The position numbers were made by a program, and so were the translations under genes. A stretch of DNA of 64,000 bases, from contig NC_092679.1 in NCBI RefSeq assembly GCF_964355755.1, forward strand, positions 12,445,432-12,509,431, written 5' to 3'. Source of the stretch: Antedon mediterranea (lineage: Eukaryota; Animalia; Echinodermata). How positions within the stretch are numbered: position 1 is the first letter of the stretch; every line of letters starts with the position of its first letter. This document shows, in pieces, positions 63,185 to 64,000 of the stretch. The notes beneath the pieces are model-generated. The model made no database searches. It saw only the letters and a program-made list of their open reading frames with translations, and was not told the origin of the DNA.

Positions 63185-64000
63185 TAGTCTAAATGTTGAT
63201 AAATAAATGTATATTAATGAATTAGTCCCATAAATATGAATATTTACAATAAAGTCTAATGTAAAACAAAACCTTATGGACATCTGTACTATTAAGGGCA
63301 CATCCCTATTAAAAATGATATTTTTCATAACATATAAACAAGATCAATTATATTATTTTAACACTACAACTAAGCCCCATTAAGAAGAAACCTCTATTAA
63401 GGGGACACCTTTTTTGTTATCATGAATGTGTCTTAGGAGTTTCACTTTAGTGTGTTTTCAACAGTATGCATTTCTGATCTGACATGCCATTTCATACATT
63501 TCCCCATCCGTGGTAATCTCAGATTTTTCTTTTTACATTCTGTTGATAACATTTAAAATATCTGCTGTGTTTTATCTGTTACAATTTGTCATAAATGTAA
63601 AACATTACATAAAATCACAAAAAAATGAGGAAAATATAAATATTTCAACTATAACATCGATTATTATGTGCCATCTATCATTTTTCTATGTGTGGTAAGA
63701 AAATTAAATTTTCAAAGCACAGTGCTATAAAATATCATACGCTGAATATTTTGACGCCTGGATGTTTATGCAACAATTATAGAAAATGTCACTGTAGCAG
63801 TGTAATTTCCCAGGTGGCCATTTGTAGGTGGAAACAGAGGCTATCGAGGTGTAGATACACATTGACTAAGCTACACCATGTCAATACAAACAACTAAAGG
63901 CCTAACAGTTAGTTACTTGAAATAAATATGTTAAAAGAGAATTTTGTTTTCACAATGTTTTATAATATTACAACTCAAAGTAACCAATCACTATTGATAT

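Overview
This is AT-rich, intron-rich animal genomic DNA, probably an invertebrate deuterostome such as an echinoderm (inferred from a Deu-domain SINE and the gene content). Bases 1-13.6 kb are nested mobile DNA. A Gypsy LTR retrotransposon (LTR end, PBS, gag) is interrupted at 1043/1044 by a decayed Polinton/Maverick (adintovirus-like) element that starts with AGTAGTAG. The Polinton carries a probably spliced, protein-primed PolB pseudogene, a 214-bp tandem array, a spliced Bcl-2-like gene with a hydrophobic C-terminal tail, a packaging ATPase and two further Polinton-type ORFs. These last ORFs are hit by a TIR/Helitron-like insertion and by a young RTE-like LINE. The Polinton has lost its right half and abuts a 5'-truncated EGF-cadherin-mucin-SEA-TM gene. 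Downstream are three recognisable host genes: POT1 (+, four-OB-fold type), SELENON (-, with an in-frame UGA, an SRE hairpin and a type II SECIS) and AP5M1 (+, head-to-head with SELENON). Their introns hold an L2 LINE, an Academ-like element, MITEs and SINEs. The most notable items are the intact spliced Bcl-2-like cargo gene in the Polinton and the RNA structures in the SELENON 3' UTR. All calls come from reading the sequence by eye, and exon boundaries are approximate unless stated.
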